Assembly (NCBI GenBank): GCA_033442325.1
Contig: JAWQFM010000010.1
Coordinates: 1,484,019-1,548,018 of the forward strand
Origin: Salpingoeca rosetta
Lineage: Eukaryota > Protista > Choanoflagellata
DNA: 64,000 bases
Direction: 5' to 3'
Shown one piece after another: positions 36,268 through 55,684 of this stretch. How positions within the stretch are numbered: position 1 is the stretch's first letter; each line of letters begins with the position of its first letter. The translations under genes and the position numbers were made by a program. Below the pieces are notes generated by a model, which was not told where the DNA came from, did not search any database, and saw only the letters and a list, made by a program, of their open reading frames with translations.

Positions 36268-38594
36268 ATGATGGTGGTGGCTGCTACGGTGCGAGGCGTG
36301 TTGCGCCGCGCCGCTGCAACGCGACAAACAGCAGCGATCCCTCCACAGCCATCGATCGTGGCCACTGGCATGCTTCAGGCACAGCGACATGGATTCGCAA
36401 CATCATCGTCCACCGCATCGAAAGACAACAGTACCACCACAACTACTGCAACTGCTACAACCAGTGCTGCTGCTGCGACAGCTGCTGCCGCTGCTGCGAC
36501 AGCTGAGAAACCAGTGTCTGTCACCATCAACGGCAAGCCGTGCCAGGCATCGCTGGGCCAAACGATCCTTGAGGTTGCTCGCGACAACAACCTGTTCATC
36601 CCCACCCTGTGCTACCACCCCTCCCTCAAGCCCGTCGGGACGTGCCGCCTCTGCCTTGTGGACGTCGGCGGCAAGAAGACGGTAGGTTCGGAGGAAGATG
36701 AGAAGGGTCACGCACGTGTGCCAACAAGCGCCGCTGTGCGATGGCGTCCCCTGCCGCTGTTGGATGTTAGTTGGGTTGGTGCTGCTGCTGCTGCTGTTGC
36801 TGCTGCTGCGATCTCTGCCTCATATGTCGTTGTGACAATGGCGATGCATGCATGCTTGCACAGGTTCCCGCGTGCGTGACTGGTGTTCAGGACGGGATGA
36901 ATGTGCTCACGCACACAAAGGAGATTGAGGACGAGGTGCAGACCCTGCTTGCTCTTCTGCGTGCCAGGCACCCCATGAAGTGTGCAACTTGCCCCGTCAA
37001 CGGCCAATGCGAATTCCAGGTATGGTGTGTATGTGTGTGTATGTGTGTGTATGTGTGTGTATGTGTGTGTATGTGTGTATGTGTGTGTATGTGTGTATGT
37101 GTGTATGTGCGTGTGTGTGCACGATGTGTGTGTATGTGCGTGTGTGTACACGATGTGTGTGTGCACGATGTGTGTGTGTGTACGCGATATGTGCTTACAT
37201 GTTTGTGTACATACATGCGTGCGTCTGCGTTCTGCCAGGATCTGCTGATGCGGTATCAGGTGGAGGAGCCCGCTTTCTTTGGCCATGAGGACCGCAAGTC
37301 CGCTGTTGGCCGCACGCACGATCACTCCTCCCCCGCCATCCAACTCGACCTTGACAAGTGCGTGCTGTGCACACGCTGCGTGCGCGCTTGCCAGGAGATT
37401 CAGGGCATGAGCATTCTTGGCATTGCGTCGCGTGGGCCATACGAGTCCGTGTCACCTATCATGGGCAAGGAAATTGCAGACACGCCCTGCATCAGCTGCG
37501 GTGCGTGCACGGCCGTGTGTCCCGTCGGCGCCATCACAGAGGTGCCGCACCTCTTCAAGGTACTCCATCTGCTGGAGGGCGACTTCACACACGAGGACCT
37601 GACACGCGACGAGATCACGCGGCTTGGCGGCATGCCCACCGTGCGCCACCACCTCACGCGTGCGCGCCAGGTCAAGACCATGGGGGACGTGTGCGGTGCA
37701 CAGCAGGCCAAGGCCGGCATCAAGGTGGAGGAACAGTCACCATCGTCACCACAATCCACGTCAGCAGCACCATCAACAAAGCAGCCATCAGCAAGCAACA
37801 CCACGTCCGCAGCTCCAGAGACGAGCAAGAGCCGACTGCGCCGACCCATCACTATTGTGCACACTGCGCCTGCTGTGCGCGTGACCCTTGGTGAAGCCTT
37901 TGGCATGGAGCCTGGCAGCATCTCCACGGGCAAGCTGGTCAGCGCCCTTCGCGCCGTGGGCTTTGACTACGTCTTTGACACTAACGTGAGTCGTCGGTGT
38001 ACGTGTATGCTTGTATGTATGCATGCTTGTTTGTGAATGTGTAGGTGAATGTGTGTGTGTGTGTGTGGATGTGTAGGTGAATGTATGTGTGTAGGTGAAT
38101 GTGTGTATGCGTGTGTGTGGATGTGTAGGTGTCTGTGTGGTGATGGTTTTCATGTTTGGCGTGTGATTTTGAGCACGCTTGCGTGTGTATGTGTGTGTGT
38201 GTATCTGTTGTGACATACGTTGGTTGGGGCATCGATTGGGTGTGTGTGGTTGGGCAACTTCAACACGTTTCAACACACGTTACGTTTGGGCCCAATTTTG
38301 AAAACGGTTCCAAACGGTTGGGGATCGACCCCGCGGTGTTGCTTCTGACGCACCCAAATCAAGTGACACGTCATCGCTGATGCTCATGTGTGTCCTCGTC
38401 CGTGCTTGTTGTCGTCGTTCTTGTTGGTTATGGCGTTGTTGTTATGTTGTTGTTGGTGGTGCTGGATGGTGCGTGATGTCTCGGACAGTTTACGGCAGAT
38501 TTGACGATTATGGAGGAAGGCACCGAGCTGCTTGAACGCGTGCGCACGGGAGGCGTCTTCCCCATGATGACCAGCTGCTGCCCAGGATGGATCA
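36268..38594 (+). CDS. hydA: [FeFe]-hydrogenase (long CpI-like type with 2Fe-2S, His-ligated 4Fe-4S and 2x4Fe-4S F-domain); 5' four exons, 3' part lost in gap
   Basis: Exons 36268-36681, 36864-37019, 37239-37985, 38489-38594. IPTLCYHP...[11 protein letters not shown] (2Fe-2S); [14 protein letters not shown] (His/Cys3); [11 protein letters not shown] and [12 protein letters not shown]; [42 protein letters not shown]; H-cluster L1 motif TSCCPGW (38570-38590). Confidence 0.95.
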
Positions 38595-38726
38595 GTGAGT
38601 GCCAACACCTTAGCGTTGTGTGATGAGATTTCTGTCCTTTGTAGCTTTCGCTCCTACTTTCTGTTGCCTCTCGCTTCGTGTGTGAGCACCCTTACTCACA
38701 CACACACACTCTCTCTCTCTCACAAC

Positions 38727-38910
38727 CACTCACTCACTCACTCACTCACTCACTCACTCACTCACTCACTCACTCACTCACTCACTCACTCACTCACTCA
38801 CTCACTCACTCACTCATTCACTCACTCACTCACTCACTCACTCACTCACTCACTCACTCACTCACTCACTCACTCACTCACTCATTCACTCACTCACTCA
38901 CTCACTCACC
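38727..38910 (+). repeat. (CACT)n microsatellite running into an assembly gap
   Basis: Direct inspection; intron 4 of the hydrogenase. Confidence 0.95.
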
Positions 38911-39587
38911 NNNNNNNNNNNNNNNNNNNNNNNNNNNNNNNNNNNNNNNNNNNNNNNNNNNNNNNNNNNNNNNNNNNNNNNNNNNNNNNNNNNNNNNNNN
39001 NNNNNNNNNNNNNNNNNNNNNNNNNNNNNNNNNNNNNNNNNNNNNNNNNNNNNNNNNNNNNNNNNNNNNNNNNNNNNNNNNNNNNNNNNNNNNNNNNNNN
39101 NNNNNNNNNNNNNNNNNNNNNNNNNNNNNNNNNNNNNNNNNNNNNNNNNNNNNNNNNNNNNNNNNNNNNNNNNNNNNNNNNNNNNNNNNNNNNNNNNNNN
39201 NNNNNNNNNNNNNNNNNNNNNNNNNNNNNNNNNNNNNNNNNNNNNNNNNNNNNNNNNNNNNNNNNNNNNNNNNNNNNNNNNNNNNNNNNNNNNNNNNNNN
39301 NNNNNNNNNNNNNNNNNNNNNNNNNNNNNNNNNNNNNNNNNNNNNNNNNNNNNNNNNNNNNNNNNNNNNNNNNNNNNNNNNNNNNNNNNNNNNNNNNNNN
39401 NNNNNNNNNNNNNNNNNNNNNNNNNNNNNNNNNNNNNNNNNNNNNNNNNNNNNNNNNNNNNNNNNNNNNNNNNNNNNNNNNNNNNNNNNNNNNNNNNNNN
39501 NNNNNNNNNNNNNNNNNNNNNNNNNNNNNNNNNNNNNNNNNNNNNNNNNNNNNNNNNNNNNNNNNNNNNNNNNNNNNNNNNNNNNNN
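38911..39587. other. Assembly gap (677 N)
   Basis: Run of n. Confidence 1.
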
Positions 39588-39853
39588 CCCGTGTAGGTTG
39601 TGCCGTCGGGGATGTCGCCAAAGACATCGCCGGCAATGAGGAGCTCGTTCCACGCAGCAAACTAGCAGCAGTGGTGGTTGTGGTTGTGGTTGTGGTTGGA
39701 GGGTGATTTAAGAGGGGGAAGGGGGAAGGGCGAAATAAGGGAGTGAGGGTCGACGAGGCAAAAAGAGGATTAAAGCTGTCGAGACGAAGCGGCGAGTCGC
39801 ACACACGACACACATGTACAGCCTCAAAAGTGTATACTCGCAACCCTTCCTCC

Positions 39854-39855
<2 letters not shown>
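39588..39855. repeat. Apparently identical direct duplicate of 40319-40586 (last exon plus part of last intron of the PIN-like gene)
   Basis: Same sequence at 731-bp offset, each copy followed by (CA)n; starts exactly at the gap edge. Confidence 0.9.
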
Positions 39856-39927
<72 letters not shown>

Positions 39928-40314
39928 CACACACACGCACACACGCACACACACACACACACTGCATGCACACGCGTGCACTAACTGTCTGTCTCCATTG
40001 ATGCTGATGAGGGGTTTATTGGGTCGTCAGAATGTAAAGTGCTGATGCTGGAGTGTGGGGAGAGGAGAGGAAGGATAGAAAGAAAGAGGATAGAGCGGTA
40101 ACACACCACATATGTGTGCCATGTCGAAAGCAATGCGACCACTCCGCGCCATTATTCATGCACGCAATGTATACTTAGAGCAAGCAAGCAGAGCAAACAG
40201 GAAAAAGATAAGGGAGAGCCCGCTCTCAGGGATACACACCACATTCGACACAACGGACACGCCCACACAAGATGGATAAGTGTTATGCACATGTGTGCGT
40301 GTGTGTGCGACGCG

Positions 40315-40584
40315 TTAACCCGTGTAGGTTGTGCCGTCGGGGATGTCGCCAAAGACATCGCCGGCAATGAGGAGCTCGTTCCACGCAGCAAACTAGCAGC
40401 AGTGGTGGTTGTGGTTGTGGTTGTGGTTGGAGGGTGATTTAAGAGGGGGAAGGGGGAAGGGCGAAATAAGGGAGTGAGGGTCGACGAGGCAAAAAGAGGA
40501 TTAAAGCTGTCGAGACGAAGCGGCGAGTCGCACACACGACACACATGTACAGCCTCAAAAGTGTATACTCGCAACCCTTCCTCC

Positions 40585-40669
<85 letters not shown>

Positions 40670-41212
40670 ACGCACACACTTACAACGAAGGGCATGAGGA
40701 TGGAGCCGACGATGATGAGACTGGAGGTGAGGGCCATGGCAGAGGGGCGTTCCTTCATGTACGTCGTGATGAGGGTGAATGACGCAAGCGCAACAGGGAG
40801 TGACGCAAGCAGCACGGCGCTGCGGGCCTCAATGCCATCCAGATCCACGATGACACACACGAGCATGGCCAGCGCCGGCATGGCAATCATCTTGGCCAGG
40901 AGGAAGACGAGCAGCGGCTTCCACATGCGAATGACATCGCGCTCGTGGCCGCACATGAACATGCCCGTGCAGAACGAGGCAACCGGGGTGACGCAGTCCG
41001 CAAAGTACTGCACAAACGTGTCAATGACCTGGAAGACGATGAAGACGATGAAGAAGACGATGAAGAAGAAGACGGAGGAGGAGGAGGAGGTGGTGGTGGT
41101 GGTGGAGGAGGTAAGAAGTGGCAAACAGGAAGGAAATATGGCAAGCACAAGAGTGAGATGGATGAAGGTGAGATGGCGACAATATGTGACCGAGCAACAG
41201 GTGATGCACCGG

Positions 41213-41303
<91 letters not shown>

Positions 41304-42289
41304 CCACCGCACAGCGAATGCACCTTGGGGAAGTTGTTTTCGTCTGCGGCCATTCGCAGGATGAGGGACCAGAGAAGACCGAGGCAGATGCCAACAAAGG
41401 GGTGGTTGCGAAGGAGTTTGGGAATGACACGCTTGATTACAATCCACAGGACACCGAAGAAAGTGCGGGGCATGGTGTCGTCCTCTGCCTCGTTCCCGTC
41501 AACAGGCGCGATGGTGGCCGCTGCCACGAGTGCACCACGGCTGTTGTTGCTGTTACTACTGCTGCTGCTGTTGTTGCTGTCATCGCTGCTGTTGCGGCCG
41601 CTGTTGGTGTTGCTGATGGCAGCGGTGTAGGAGGACGTGTGCGGGAGGTTGGCTGCCGTGTACATGGTCACCTCTTCATCTGCGGATGCCGGCTGCTGTT
41701 GCTGATGATGCTGCTGATGCTGATGATGTTGCTGGTGCTGCTGGTACTGCAGTGCCTCATGTACTACGTGTGCATCGCGCGTGTCTGGTGGCACGACCTG
41801 CTGCGGCACTTCCTGCCGGTTGAGCGAGCTGATGGATACCTGGTTCATGGCGAGTGCCTCATCCTGCGTCTTGGCTGCAGATGCGCGCACAGACCGCAGC
41901 TCAGCCGCGCCGCCGCTACGGCTGCCGTTGCCGCTGCCGTTTTTGAGCACTTCGCGGTACTCGAAGAACATGAGCATGATGGGCAGCTGGTAGATGACGG
42001 AGGAGATGGCGGCAAGCACGTTCAGGATCTTCACGCGCGGGCCGTACAGCGACTCGAGCATGGGGATGCCGAAAATGACCTGTCGACAGCAACGGGGGAG
42101 GTGGTGTGGTGCATGTAAATGGTGGGGAACGATCTGTGAGCGTGGTCTGTAGTTGACAGGAAGCGGCTGTGATCAGAAGCTGGCGTGACGTACACAAACA
42201 CCCCTCCCCCCACACACACACTCACACACACGCACACACACACACACTCACACACACACACACACCTAGGCACACACACGCACACACGC

Positions 42290-42384
<95 letters not shown>

Positions 42385-42672
42385 GTGTTGATCCATGTGC
42401 TTGAGATGAGGTTGATGAGAAAGTCGCCGATCTTGTCGTTTGTCTTCTGCCAGAGAAGCGGGACTGCGGAGAGGAGGCCGAAGACGGTGCGCAACAGCAT
42501 GTACCCAAGGATGAAGCGCCATGACAGCTTGTCCAAATCCTTGGTTGCAAGTGCCTTGAACACCAGGCTTGGAATGCCTGCATGCGCATGTGCGGTGTGA
42601 TTGCAGTGATTGCAGTGGTGCAAAGGCACGCCAGCAAGCGGTGCATGTGGGATGGATCGTGTTAGCAGGTGC

Positions 42673-42711
<39 letters not shown>

Positions 42712-43016
42712 GCTGTGCACTTGTGACGCTGCATCGCAACCAAGTCAGAACGTGTGGGGCGCACATGAAGCACATGAAGCACAGCAAGCCCATTAAGTAG
42801 ATCGAGCGGATCAAGAACATGAAGCACAGCACGCACATGAAGCGCAACAAGCAGCCTTAGCTGGCTCAACGCACCGAGAAGAAACACGAAGCTGTTCAGC
42901 AGAAAGACGGACTGAGGAGGAAAGGCCTTGCGGCGGAAGCGGGCGAAGCAGTATCCCGTCAACATCAAGCCGAGCAGCGGCACTGCCGCCTCTACTACAT
43001 CCACCACCTGTGTCAT
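40315..43016 (-). CDS. PIN-FORMED-like / auxin efflux carrier (Mem_trans, AEC) family transporter with long central hydrophilic loop; 5 exons
   Basis: MTQVVDVVEAAVPL..MLTGY; LNSFVFLLG|IPSLVF; SSTWINT|VIFGIPMLESLYG; VIYQLPIMLMFFEYR; Q/H/S-rich loop; KLLRNHPFVGICLGLLWSL; ASFCTGMFM; AKMIAMPA; AVLLASLPVALASF; last exon FAAWNELL...TYTG* (TAA at 40317-40315). Confidence 0.85.
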
Positions 43017-43412
43017 CGTAGATGGTGTATTCTCCGCGGTGCGCACCCTGCTCCTGCTGCTGCTGTGATGTGATGATGGCGATCAAACAAAGGCAGGGAA
43101 GAATTAATGACAGACAGACAGCTACGAGTGATTTTGACAACGTTTGTCGACAAGCAACAACAAGCAACACAAGTCCGCGAGATGTGGGAGTGAGCGTCTC
43201 CTTTTCAAGGTTGGCAAGACCCATGTCTTGCTTCACCAACCCCCATGTCGATACGCGCACCAACCACAGCCAACACGTTTCGTCATCGCAGCCATCGCAG
43301 CCTCGCGTTTTGCGGTCCTGACGCAACTCACCGGTGGCGTTTGTAGTTGGAACTGAATTAAGGCTTCCACATTCATCGACTGACTTCAGGTTTTGGAGGA
43401 CAACCAGCCACG

Positions 43413-44554
43413 ATGATGCTCGCTGCCAACCTTGTTGTTGTTGTTGTTTTGGCTGCAGCCTTGTGCTGTTGCTGCACTGCTACTGCTACAACTGCTCTCG
43501 TTGCTGATGTTGCTGTGCCGGCGAGGAGCAGCAACAACAACAACAACAGCAACCACAACATCACGTTTGATGTCAAGTTCCACCAGCGCATGATGAACTA
43601 CACGTGGTCCAGTTTCTGTGATCCCGCAGTGATCATGAACAACACCTGCGCCTTCTGCAGCGACCCAGACTTTCAGTGCGTGGTTGTGTTTGTGTGTTTG
43701 CTTGTTTGTTTGTTGTTGTGGCGGTTCTTCGCTGTCATATGATCCGGGCAGTGTTTCATGGTTTACTTGCGTGTCACCGTTGTGAACGCTGTCTTGTTTG
43801 GTTTGACCACCTTGCTTGCGTTTCTTGTCCTTGTTGGTTGGCCGCTGCGTTTTGAGTTTGTTGATGGCGAGCTTGTCCAGCCGCGCTCGTATCTATCGAC
43901 TCATCTCCAACCAACCGATCGACCTTTGGTTTTTGTTTTGTTGTTGGGCAGTGCCGTTGGAACGCTGCATGACAGCGTGACTGAGGCTTACGGCTATGTT
44001 GGATACAATGCAAAGCAAGGCTGGATCATCTTGGGCTTTCGGGGCTCGTCAAACCTCGACAACTGGCTGGCAGACTTTGATTTCATCAAGGTGTGCTTTT
44101 TTTTTGTGTGTGTATGTTTGTGAGTACACGTGTTTGCGTGTTTGTTCATGTGTGTGTGTGTGTCATGGATGAGTTGTCATGCACTGAACCTACCCACTCT
44201 TGCAAGCTTCAACGCTTGCTAGCAATTCATGTTCACTGTTTCCACTGTTTCCACTGTTTCCACTGTTTCCACTGTTGCCACTGACCAATGGTCATGGCGG
44301 GGACAGGTAAAGTACAATGACACGGATGCCAAGGTGCACGCTGGTTTCTTTGCAGCGTGGTCGGGGGTGCGCGCTGCGGCTACAGGCCATGTCGCCAACA
44401 TCCTCGCCAGCAAGTGCCCGCACTGCTCCAGGATCATCACTACTGGCCATTCCCTTGGTTCAGCCATCTCAGGTGTGTGTGTGTGTGTGTGTGTGAGTGA
44501 GTGAGTGTGTGTGTGTGAGTGAGTGAGTGAGTGTGTGTGTGTGTGAGTGAGTGA

Positions 44555-44597
<43 letters not shown>

Positions 44598-45478
44598 CGT
44601 GTGGTTGCCTCTTGTCCGCTTTATGCTCGTTTTGTTTCCACCTGTTGGCTGTACCTCACCCCTGTATGCTACACCCCTGTATGCTACACCCCTGTATGCT
44701 ACACTCATGGCTCACTCACCCACTCACCCACACGCTTTCTCGCTCACTCACACGCGTATTCAGGCCTGGCGAGCCTTGACCTTGCGCTTGAGTACGGAAA
44801 CAACAGCAAGGTTGCCGTGGAGATGCACAACTTTGGCATGCCGCGCGTGGGGGACGCCGCCTTTGCGTCCATCTTCAAGCGCGCGGTGCCATACTCCACA
44901 CGCGTCGTGCACCGCAACGACATTGTGCCACACCTGCCGCTGCAGGGCATGGGGTTCCACCACGTGGCCACGGAGGTGTGGGACCAAAGCCCACAGACAG
45001 AGTCGCCGCCAAATGCACAGACGTACAAGGTGTGCGATGGCAGCGGGGAGGATCCCACCTGCAGCGACAGTGTGCCCATCTTGGAGTGGCACCCCAAGGA
45101 CCACGACTACTACATGGGCACAACGGTACGGTTGGGAATGGGAGAGAGAGTGTGTGGGAGAGGGTCGGGAGAGAGGATGGGGGAAAGAGAACGTTGGAGG
45201 GCGCGCGCGTGTGTGTGTATGTGTGTATGTGTATGTGTGTGTGTGTATGTGTGTGTGTGTATGTGTGTGTGTGTGCGAGTGACAGCGCAACACACGCAAA
45301 AGCATACGCACAAACTCCACCCACACCCACCCACACGCATCTCAGAGGAGGGGAAATTCTCTGACTGCATCTGCCAGCGAACCTCACGACTGCCTGCCCT
45401 TGACGCCGTTACTTGCACGTGTGCTTGGATGGGCAAATACTTTGCTTGCAGAACCACTACTGTCACTACGATCACTGA
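43413..45478 (+). CDS. Secreted class-3 triacylglycerol lipase
   Basis: Signal peptide; GYVGY..WIILGFRGSSNLDNWLADF; KVHAGF; TGHSLG (Ser); NFGMPRVGD; RVVHRNDIVPHLP (Asp); DHDYY (His). Last exon probably 45452-45478 NHYCHYDH*. Confidence 0.9.
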
Positions 45479-45937
45479 GCGTGCACTACCATACCCACAG
45501 GCAACGGGAACTTTTGTCAGCTTTGGGCCCCCACCCTGCTGCGTTCATCACCCTGTCACAAAACACCTGTCATGTTCTGTTACGTCACATCCATGTTGTC
45601 ACTTGACCTGCTTGGCTTTGTCACCAGCATTACTCAGTCCAGTTACGCTCAGTTCAGCTCGCTTTCGCCTCGTTCATCCATCCCTTCGCTTTCCGTGCTC
45701 TGTGATGTGGTTGTGTTACATTACATTACATTACAACAGTCATTTCAGTGTCACAGTCAAACGTGTGCTCAACAAAACAGACGCACCACCATCACATCAC
45801 CAACACACTACCGCTGCTTGTTGAGACTTCGTGGGCATCGTTCACATTTTTCGGCAATTCAAGGCACAAGAGCGGACAAAGCAAGCCAAGCAAGCAAGCA
45901 AGCCAAGCAAGCAAGCAACCCTTGTTGCATCATCATC

Positions 45938-47947
<2,010 letters not shown>

Positions 47948-48107
47948 GGCAGCTGTCGCCCCTCTCTTCCCACCCTCTCCACACGCACACACTCCTGTCT
48001 CTCTCTCCCCGTGTATCTGTCGACCTTCTAAGGGTCATGTTACTGTGATAAACGAGTTCGAATGAGTTGACATGAAATGAACGAGTTCACCTTCACACCA
48101 CACCACC

Positions 48108-48204
<97 letters not shown>

Positions 48205-48826
48205 TTCAGCACCACCACCAGCACCACGTTTCTTCAAAACATCTGCCCAAAAAAAAGAGAGACAAAACGCAACATTTTCCACGCACATTCGCAAAGACGA
48301 CGGAAGTGCAGAACAGATACGACAAAGCCGCAAAGCCACGCTTTCTCCCCAGCTTTGCTCTCTCACTCTCACACACTCACACACACACTCTCTCTCTATC
48401 TGCTTCTGGCTTGTTTGCTTTTGTGTCGAGTGGAGCACGGCTGGTCTGTGTGACCTCTCTTGCTTGCCTGGCTACGCTTCGTTGCACCTGCCCGCCACAA
48501 AGGCTGGCAGTTCATCTGTGTGGCCGTCGACGCACCACGTTGAAGAATTGGTGCTCCAGGTGCGGACATGTGCTGTGTCGATGATGTACTTGGGTTGATA
48601 TCACAGCCACTGCTTGTGCGCCTTGCTTCTATGCTCTCACACCAACACGCACACACACGCACGCACACACAGACACACATTCACACAGCCTCCTTTTGTT
48701 GCATGTTGACGTTCATACTCACCATCGACACACAAACACACGCATACACACATCCACACGAACACACATACACACGCACATCTACACACACGTCTGTGTA
48801 TTTGTGTGTGTAGTTGACGCACAGGC

Positions 48827-54251
<5,425 letters not shown>

Positions 54252-54266
54252 GCATGGTAGTGGTGG

Positions 54267-54306
<40 letters not shown>

Positions 54307-54674
54307 TGATGCTTGACGCATGTGCTTCGTGTATTTTTTGATTGGAACGGTTTGATTGCTCAGCATGTAGCGAGGGTTTTTATCGAGCCACATACAGTTA
54401 GGGCCTCATAGTGCGCTTCCTCTCTGGACATAGTCAATCGTGTTGCCCCAGGTTTATCTCTGCACCCCTCCCCCTACTCCTATTCGACACCATGCATATG
54501 CATCCAAATTCACTGCCTGGGCTATGTTGTGCCTCGGCCCACCTACCCGCCAATATTAAATACGTGTAGCAAGCAAGCATGTGTGCGTGTGTGTGTGTGT
54601 GAGAGAGAGAGAGTGATTGAGTGTGTGTGTGTGTGTGTGTGTACGGGTGTTTGAGAGAGAGAGAGAGAAGGAGA

Positions 54675-54756
<82 letters not shown>

Positions 54757-55181
54757 TCGAATGCTGCTGTTGGGACGAAGATAATGTAACACGTTTTACT
54801 CAGCCATCTCAGCGACATGGAAGGAAGCGGCAAACAGACACATGAAGCGCATAGGCAGCAACAACTTCAACAGGTTCAACACGGCAACAAGCAGGCAAAC
54901 AGACAAGCAAGCAAAGCAAACGCAAGGAAGGGAGTCAACTAATCTCAAGAAGAGGAATGTGCATGGTGGTAGGGTGTGGGTGCATCTTGGAATAGCACGG
55001 AAGGGCAGGGAAAAGAAGCCCGATGTGACGATGTACAAGATGAGTGCGGGCTCGTGTGCAGCACGGGGTGGTGGAGCAGAAGCGAAGGGCGGGCACACAG
55101 AGCGCGGGATGGGGAAGGGGGTGCAACTTGCAGAGGGGAATGAGTGGGCGGTGAGTCATGGTGCGATGACGGGTGCGGACA

Positions 55182-55528
55182 TCAGAATGGTATTGCCGCC
55201 ACGAGCACAATGGCGACAACAAGGAGGAAGATGGTGCAGCAGAGGCCTGTGGCAACAGATGGAAAAACAACAGAGAACGCAGCAAACGGCAAAGATGGGT
55301 GAGCCATGACGGGTTGGTGCATTGATGAACGGATGTCAATGACGTGATGTGACATGCACATGACAATGTCTGAAACTTCACGTGTCACGCAACATCAAGA
55401 ACAAGCAACACGTGCAATTTGCTTACCGCCTGCTTTTGCCTTCTCACTGACATATGCAATGTGTTCATTCTCACGGCGCAGCCGGCTGTGTGTGTGCGCC
55501 ATACCGTCATCCAGATCATCGAGCATTT
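55182..55528 (-). CDS. Qc-SNARE, syntaxin-8-like (last two exons; 5' part not visible, probably in the gap)
   Basis: EMLDDLDDGMAHTHSRLRRENEHIAYVSEKAKAG|GLCCTIFLLVVAIVLVAAIPF*: C-terminal half of a SNARE motif followed by a tail anchor; clean ag/gtaagc junctions. Confidence 0.75.
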
Positions 55529-55650
55529 CTGTCATGATCAGGATTGCAGGCAGCAGACACGACATGGTGAGCACGAAGCGGTGCGTGCGTGTGTGTGTGT
55601 GTGTGTGCGTGCGTGCGTGCGTGTGTGTGTGTGTGTGTGTGCGTGCGTGC

Positions 55651-55684
<34 letters not shown>

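Noticed and set aside
36268-37540. Complex I 75-kDa subunit (NDUFS1/NuoG) or Nar1 as alternative identity
   Set aside because: The F-domain is followed by H-domain motifs ([25 protein letters not shown]), which NDUFS1 lacks. Nar1 lacks this F-domain and the CC motif.
48077-48598. PolyH/polyQ ORF MNEFTFTPHHHH...
   Set aside because: Driven by (CAC)n(CAA)n in what looks like the CAA-rich leader of the next gene. It may contain a 5' exon (donor at 48560) but cannot be supported as its own gene.
54842-55309. 155-aa plus-strand [15 protein letters not shown]...
   Set aside because: Antisense to the syntaxin-8-like last exon and 3' UTR; no motifs.
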